Assembly: GCA_028713995.1 (NCBI GenBank)
Contig: JAQTNF010000003.1
Location: forward strand, 2,020-66,019
DNA from: Deltaproteobacteria bacterium
GTDB lineage: Bacteria > Myxococcota_A > Polyangia > JAAYKL01
Length of the DNA stretch: 64,000 bases
Direction: 5' to 3'
Shown: positions 59,645 through 64,000 of the stretch, one piece after another
How the letters are laid out: each line of letters starts with the position of its first letter
How positions within the stretch are numbered: the first letter of the stretch is position 1
Notes under the pieces: model-generated
Seen by the model: the letters and a program-made list of their open reading frames with translations, nothing else
The model's database searches: none
Told to the model about the DNA's origin: nothing
Translations under genes and position numbers: made by a program

Positions 59645-62470
59645 ATGGCGCGACCGAGACTCAAGCCCGCGTGGCTCGCAGCGGCGATCCTGATCACGGC
59701 GTGGGCGGCGGGGCCGGCCCTGGCCGTTGAGCCGGCCGTGCATGCGACCGTGGACGCGGCCATCGACGAGGACGGCGCCGCGATCGAAGGGACGGTCCGC
59801 CTCGAGATCCGCAACGACACGCCCTCCCCGCTCGAATCAATCCCCCTGTGGCTCTACCCGAACCGGCTCGCCGAGCCGAACCCGGGCCTCGACGCGCGCA
59901 CGGTCAAGTGGGTCTATCCGGGCGGCGCGAGCCCCGCGTCCATGACCGTGGCGAGCCCGTCGTGGCAGGGCGTGCCGCTCGCAAAGGCGGCAATCGGGCT
60001 TTCGGGGATGCCCGTGCCGGGCACGCCTCCCCGGGCAAAGGACGTGCTCGCGACCGTGAGGCTGCCGCACCCGCTCGCGCCGGGCGAGACGGGCGAGCTC
60101 GGGCTGAAGTTCCGCACAAAGATTCCGCAGCGGGCAGGCCGCTTCGGGAGGTGGAACGGCGTGGCCGTGCTCGGCGGCGGCTGGTTCCCCGCACCGCTCA
60201 CCGACCTGACCGGCCGCGCGACCGGGCTTCCGCCGGACGTGATGCGGGTCGACGTGAGGCTGCGCCTGCCCGCTGGTCGCGGCGCCGTGATCCACGACCG
60301 GGTCTTCGAGCCGTCCGTTGCCGCGCGCACCCTGCGGGTCGACGGGATCGAGACCGAGTGCCTGACCGTGGTGATCATGGATCTCATGGACGTGGCCGAA
60401 CGCGACGTCGGAGGCGTGCGGGCCGCGTACGTGAGCCGGCACATGACCCGGCGCGAACCGACCTGGAAGGACACGCGGCGCGCGGCGTCCGGGCTGCCCG
60501 AGGGTTTGCCGGATCTGGGGTCGCGGGACGCGCACGCTCGCGCTCTCGGGGTGGTGGCGAACACGGTGCGCCTCCTGCGCGCCGCGGCGCCGGGGATCGT
60601 CCTTCCGGATCGCGTGGTGATCGTGGAGGCGTCCACCCGCGATTCACTCGTGCAGGACGGCGGCGGCCCGGTCATCGTCTCGGATCGCCTCTGGCGGCTC
60701 ATGCCCATCGACGTGGCCCTGTGGTTCCACGACCTCGCGCTCGCCCGCGTCGTGGGGAGCCGGCTCGTGCGCCCGACCGTGCGCGCGCTCGAGGGCCCTC
60801 GTATGCGGGACGTGGCCGCGGACGCGGTGGGCAGCCTGCTCGCGTCGCGCTACTCGGCGCAGGTGCACGGCAAGGCGAGGAGCGTGAGCGACATCCTCGG
60901 GTTCGCGGGTTTCCTGCCCGTCATCGACAACCTGCTCTACGCGCCCGAGGTGCCGTTCCGCGAGGTGTACTTCGGCGGAGTGGAGGAGCCCGACCCGTTG
61001 CGCGACGAGCCGTGGCGCTTCATGAACCGCCTGCCTCGGGGCAAGCGCATCCTCGGCAAGCTCGAGGATCTCCTGGGCGAGGACGCGGCGCGCGAGCTCT
61101 TCTTCTCCTACGTGCGAGGCGCGCAGAATCTCGAGGCCACCGTGACCTCGCGCCTCGGGGCGCAGGCGTCAGCCGCGTTCTTCGATGCCTGGCTCTCGGA
61201 CTACCCGCGCGTCAACTACCGGATCGGACGTGCGGACGACGCGCCGAGCGGCGCGCGCTTCGTGCACCGCGTGGAGGTGGTGCGCGACGGAGACATGGTG
61301 CACGAGCCGGTGCGGGTGCGCATCGAGGACGAGGACGGCAGGAGCGCGGACGTGACCTGGAACGGCGCGGGGCGCAGCGGCGTCGTGGAGTGGGAGTCGG
61401 CGGCGCCCCTCGAACGCGCCGAGATCGATCCCGAGCACAGGCTCACCGAGTCCGCTTTTCTCACGGACGAGCACCCGCTCGCGGACAACGCCACGAGCCT
61501 GCCCATGCGCCCGCCGGTGCTCACACAGCTCGTCGTCTGGTACGACGTGGTGGAGAACGAGCCCACGCTCGAGGTGGGCTTTGCCGTGAGGCGACGCTAC
61601 GATCTCACGAACACGTTCACCGTGGACGGCGGCGTGTCGCCGCGCGGGTACGACGGGTTCCTCGGCTACTACCGCTCGTTCGGCCCGAAGCGCACGCTGA
61701 ACGCACGCGAGTGGTACGCCGGGCCGAGCGCGGGCGCGGTCCGCTATCTGCCACAGGACGGGACGATCGTCGGCCTGCCCGAGAGCGCGTACGAGGGCGC
61801 CACCATGGGCTCCATCGGCCTTTTCCTCGGCCGCGACGACCGGACGTACATGTGGGATCCCATGAGCGGGATGGCGTTCTCGCTGAGCGCGACATACTCG
61901 GCCGGGCGATCCGACGACGGGGGCATCCTGCACGTGGGCAGCTTCGCGGGCAGGATCTTCGGGCTCCTGTCGCCGGGCGTGCACCACACCTTCGCCCTGT
62001 ACGGCGGCGCCGTGGGCCTCGTGGGCAACCCGGTCGCGGCCGATCTCGTCACCCTCTCCGACCGGCTCATGCTGCGCGCCTTCGACTCGGACGAGACCTA
62101 TGGGCGGCTCGGCTTCTACGCGGTGGCCGAGTGGCGCCACACGCTCGTCTCGCCGGGCGAGATCCAGATCTCGAGCCTCGCGTGGCTCGACAGACTGCAG
62201 GGCGCGCTCTTCGCCGCGGGCGGCACGGTCAGCGACCCGGGCGGCTACGGCGGGCTGTTCACCGCGGACCGGATGCTCGCCGAGGTCGGGTACGGGCTGC
62301 GCTTCCACTGGCTCGTGGCCGGGGTGGTGCAGTACTTGATTGCCGTGGACTTCGCCGTGCCCCTGCACCCGCTCGATCGCGAGCGCGTCTCGATCCTCGA
62401 CGACGGCTCGACCGAGACGACCCCGCGCACGCCCTTCAAGCTCACGCTCGGCATCACGCAGACGTACTGA
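59645..62470 (+). CDS. Large secreted hypothetical protein
   Basis: 941 aa. Signal peptide AAAILITAWAAGPALA. Confidence 0.55.
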   Translation: MARPRLKPAWLAAAILITAWAAGPALAVEPAVHATVDAAIDEDGAAIEGTVRLEIRNDTPSPLESIPLWLYPNRLAEPNPGLDARTVKWVYPGGASPASMTVASPSWQGVPLAKAAIGLSGMPVPGTPPRAKDVLATVRLPHPLAPGETGELGLKFRTKIPQRAGRFGRWNGVAVLGGGWFPAPLTDLTGRATGLPPDVMRVDVRLRLPAGRGAVIHDRVFEPSVAARTLRVDGIETECLTVVIMDLMDVAERDVGGVRAAYVSRHMTRREPTWKDTRRAASGLPEGLPDLGSRDAHARALGVVANTVRLLRAAAPGIVLPDRVVIVEASTRDSLVQDGGGPVIVSDRLWRLMPIDVALWFHDLALARVVGSRLVRPTVRALEGPRMRDVAADAVGSLLASRYSAQVHGKARSVSDILGFAGFLPVIDNLLYAPEVPFREVYFGGVEEPDPLRDEPWRFMNRLPRGKRILGKLEDLLGEDAARELFFSYVRGAQNLEATVTSRLGAQASAAFFDAWLSDYPRVNYRIGRADDAPSGARFVHRVEVVRDGDMVHEPVRVRIEDEDGRSADVTWNGAGRSGVVEWESAAPLERAEIDPEHRLTESAFLTDEHPLADNATSLPMRPPVLTQLVVWYDVVENEPTLEVGFAVRRRYDLTNTFTVDGGVSPRGYDGFLGYYRSFGPKRTLNAREWYAGPSAGAVRYLPQDGTIVGLPESAYEGATMGSIGLFLGRDDRTYMWDPMSGMAFSLSATYSAGRSDDGGILHVGSFAGRIFGLLSPGVHHTFALYGGAVGLVGNPVAADLVTLSDRLMLRAFDSDETYGRLGFYAVAEWRHTLVSPGEIQISSLAWLDRLQGALFAAGGTVSDPGGYGGLFTADRMLAEVGYGLRFHWLVAGVVQYLIAVDFAVPLHPLDRERVSILDDGSTETTPRTPFKLTLGITQTY

Positions 62471-62531
62471 CCAAGCCGCTTGCCGCGTCCTTCCCTTCGC
62501 GGACGGGCGTGAAGCCCGTCCCTACGTCAAC

Positions 62532-63560
62532 TCACTCCACGTCGAAGCACGCGATGGTCGTGGTCACCTTGAAGTTGGACTCGACCGTGTGGCGCTCGGC
62601 GTGGAAGAGCTCGATGTCGTAGACGTTCCCGGCCACGAGACCGAACGAGGACGCGATGTCGTCGAGCACCACCGTGCCCTCCACTGCCGGGTGGAGCCCG
62701 CCGAGGTCGAGCGCGAGGCGGCCGTCGATGAAGAGCCACAGATCGTCGTCCCCGCGGAACGTGAACGTCTCGCCGCCGTTGTACTTGAACCTCCCGTGCA
62801 CCTCGGTCGTGAAGTGGTAGTTGTGGATGTTGCCTTCGTTGCCGAACCCGTCGGTGTCGGAGAGTGGGAAGAAGGCCGAGTTGTCGTACGTCCACGTACC
62901 GGCGTCCGCCTCGTCGAGCGGCAGATCGACCGCAAACTCGTAATTCGTCCCGCTGATGGTGTTGTACCACTGCGCGAAGGTGTCGGCGCTCGTGATCTGC
63001 TGGCCGTACAGGCCGCTGCCGAAGGAGTCGAGGAACTGGGGCTTGCGGTCCGCGCCCAAATATTCCTGCACGAGGCCCGTGGTCGCACCGCTGCCGCCGT
63101 ACTTCTCGAAGTCCGCATGGGAGGACGAGAAGTCGCGGATCGTGGCCTTGAGGACCGGCAGGCACGACTCGGTGCCGCCCGTGTCCTCGGCCTCGTCGGT
63201 CAGTCCGTCGCAGTCCTCGTCCACGCCGCCGTCCTGGCGTTCGTCCGCGCCCGGGTGCACGTCCGGATTGTCATCGTCGCAGTCGAGGGATGCGCACCAG
63301 CCGTCGCTGTCCTCGTCCACGCACTCCCCGCCGTCGCCGTCGCCACCGTCCATGTCCGAGTCCCCGTCGCCGTCCGCGTCCGTATCCGTGTCCGTGTCCG
63401 TGTCCGCATCCGAGTCGGCATCCGCGTCGGCCGCGCCGTCCGGCCCCCCGTCCGTGCCCGACCCGTCGAGGCCGCCGTCGCCCACGCTTCCGCTCCAGGA
63501 AGAGTCGCCGCAACCGACGAGCAGAGCCGCCGCGGCCAGCACCCAAAGATGTCTCATCAC
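62532..63560 (-). CDS. Fibro-slime (PA14-like) domain lipoprotein with an Asp-Thr linker and a Cys/Asp putative metal-binding motif
   Basis: LLVGCGDS lipobox. [64 protein letters not shown]. Confidence 0.7.
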   Translation of the reverse strand: MMRHLWVLAAAALLVGCGDSSWSGSVGDGGLDGSGTDGGPDGAADADADSDADTDTDTDTDADGDGDSDMDGGDGDGGECVDEDSDGWCASLDCDDDNPDVHPGADERQDGGVDEDCDGLTDEAEDTGGTESCLPVLKATIRDFSSSHADFEKYGGSGATTGLVQEYLGADRKPQFLDSFGSGLYGQQITSADTFAQWYNTISGTNYEFAVDLPLDEADAGTWTYDNSAFFPLSDTDGFGNEGNIHNYHFTTEVHGRFKYNGGETFTFRGDDDLWLFIDGRLALDLGGLHPAVEGTVVLDDIASSFGLVAGNVYDIELFHAERHTVESNFKVTTTIACFDVE

Positions 63561-63567
63561 GCCCTCC

Positions 63568-64000
63568 CTACTTCCCTACCAGTATAACCACGCTGCGACC
63601 ATTGACGAGGTAATGCGTCTGCGGGTCGAGGCGCACCTCTCGGCCTTCGGGCAGCGCGTCCTCGCCATCCCCAAGGCTCGTGTCCACCGCGCGCCACCAC
63701 ACGAAGCCCTGCGAGGGGGGCGGCAGGTAGAACATCTTCAGGTTCCAGTGACAGTTCACGATGACGTAGAGATCGCGGGGGTCCGCGCCCGGCGCCGCGT
63801 CGCCCGAGACCTCGCAGCCCTGCATGCGGAAGGCCAGGCTGCGCACCTCGGGGTTCGGCCAGTCGGGCGCACCCAGGTTCTCGTCGAACCACGCGATGTC
63901 CGTGATGCCGTCCAGGTTGCGGTCGGCGCCCGAGAAGAACGCGCGCTTGCGCAGCACGGGGTGCCGCTTGCGCAGCGCGACGAGGTTTTGCGTCAGCTCG
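63568..64000 (-). CDS. C-terminal part of a glycogen debranching enzyme / isoamylase-like GH13 protein (partial)
   Basis: ...[20 protein letters not shown]...WWRAVDTSL resembles the GlgX C-terminus. Confidence 0.4.
   Translation of the reverse strand, partial: ELTQNLVALRKRHPVLRKRAFFSGADRNLDGITDIAWFDENLGAPDWPNPEVRSLAFRMQGCEVSGDAAPGADPRDLYVIVNCHWNLKMFYLPPPSQGFVWWRAVDTSLGDGEDALPEGREVRLDPQTHYLVNGRSVVILVGK

Noticed and set aside
59848-63587. 924-aa and 415-aa plus-strand ORFs
   Set aside because: Arg/Ala/Gly-rich alternative frames of the 941-aa secreted protein and the fibro-slime gene.

Overview
This 64 kb window reads as a metagenome-style contig from a high-GC, Myxococcota-like bacterium. 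Host-type hallmarks are a Myxococcus cysteine-rich-repeat protein, a fibro-slime domain lipoprotein, Asp-Thr/Ser acidic linkers after lipoprotein signals, a roadblock/MglB-like protein, a methyl-accepting chemotaxis protein, and a pyruvate phosphate dikinase (PPDK) with a Lys/Ala/Pro tail. It splits into three parts. Part 1 (1-22490) is a mosaic accessory island at about 40-60 % GC. Unrelated genes of very different composition sit side by side: a nitrilase-like protein, a secreted S1 protease, a GspG-pseudopilin/FecR fusion, a pancreatic-type lipase, a Myxo Cys-repeat protein, and a ParB-like protein. The island ends with two tandem Xer-like tyrosine recombinases that flank a 3' tRNA fragment. 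Three unrelated ORFs in this island share a conserved, protein-coding N-terminal module of about 180 bp carrying the motif YFLTP(K/N)(T/Q)M. One copy is frameshifted, and a near-identical 18-24 bp palindrome recurs just after three stop codons. Part 2 (about 22500-31860) is a high-GC integrative and mobilizable element with a tightly overlapping 5-gene operon. It carries a VirD4/TraG-like coupling ATPase with a roughly 390-aa Ser/Gly-rich tail, a replication-relaxation protein, an excisionase, and an integrase abutting tRNA-Asp(GTC) and tRNA-Val(TAC). Part 3 (32060-64000) is core chromosome: nifU-like, parA, parB, a sulfatase-like gene, ppdK, trm112, smc, plsC, an FHA-CpaF cluster, an L,D-transpeptidase, an SLT transglycosylase, tatBC, an MCP, comEA-like, a fibro-slime lipoprotein and a partial glgX-like gene. 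No CRISPR array or rRNA was seen. In the high-GC parts, many of the long ORFs in the six-frame track are shadow frames.
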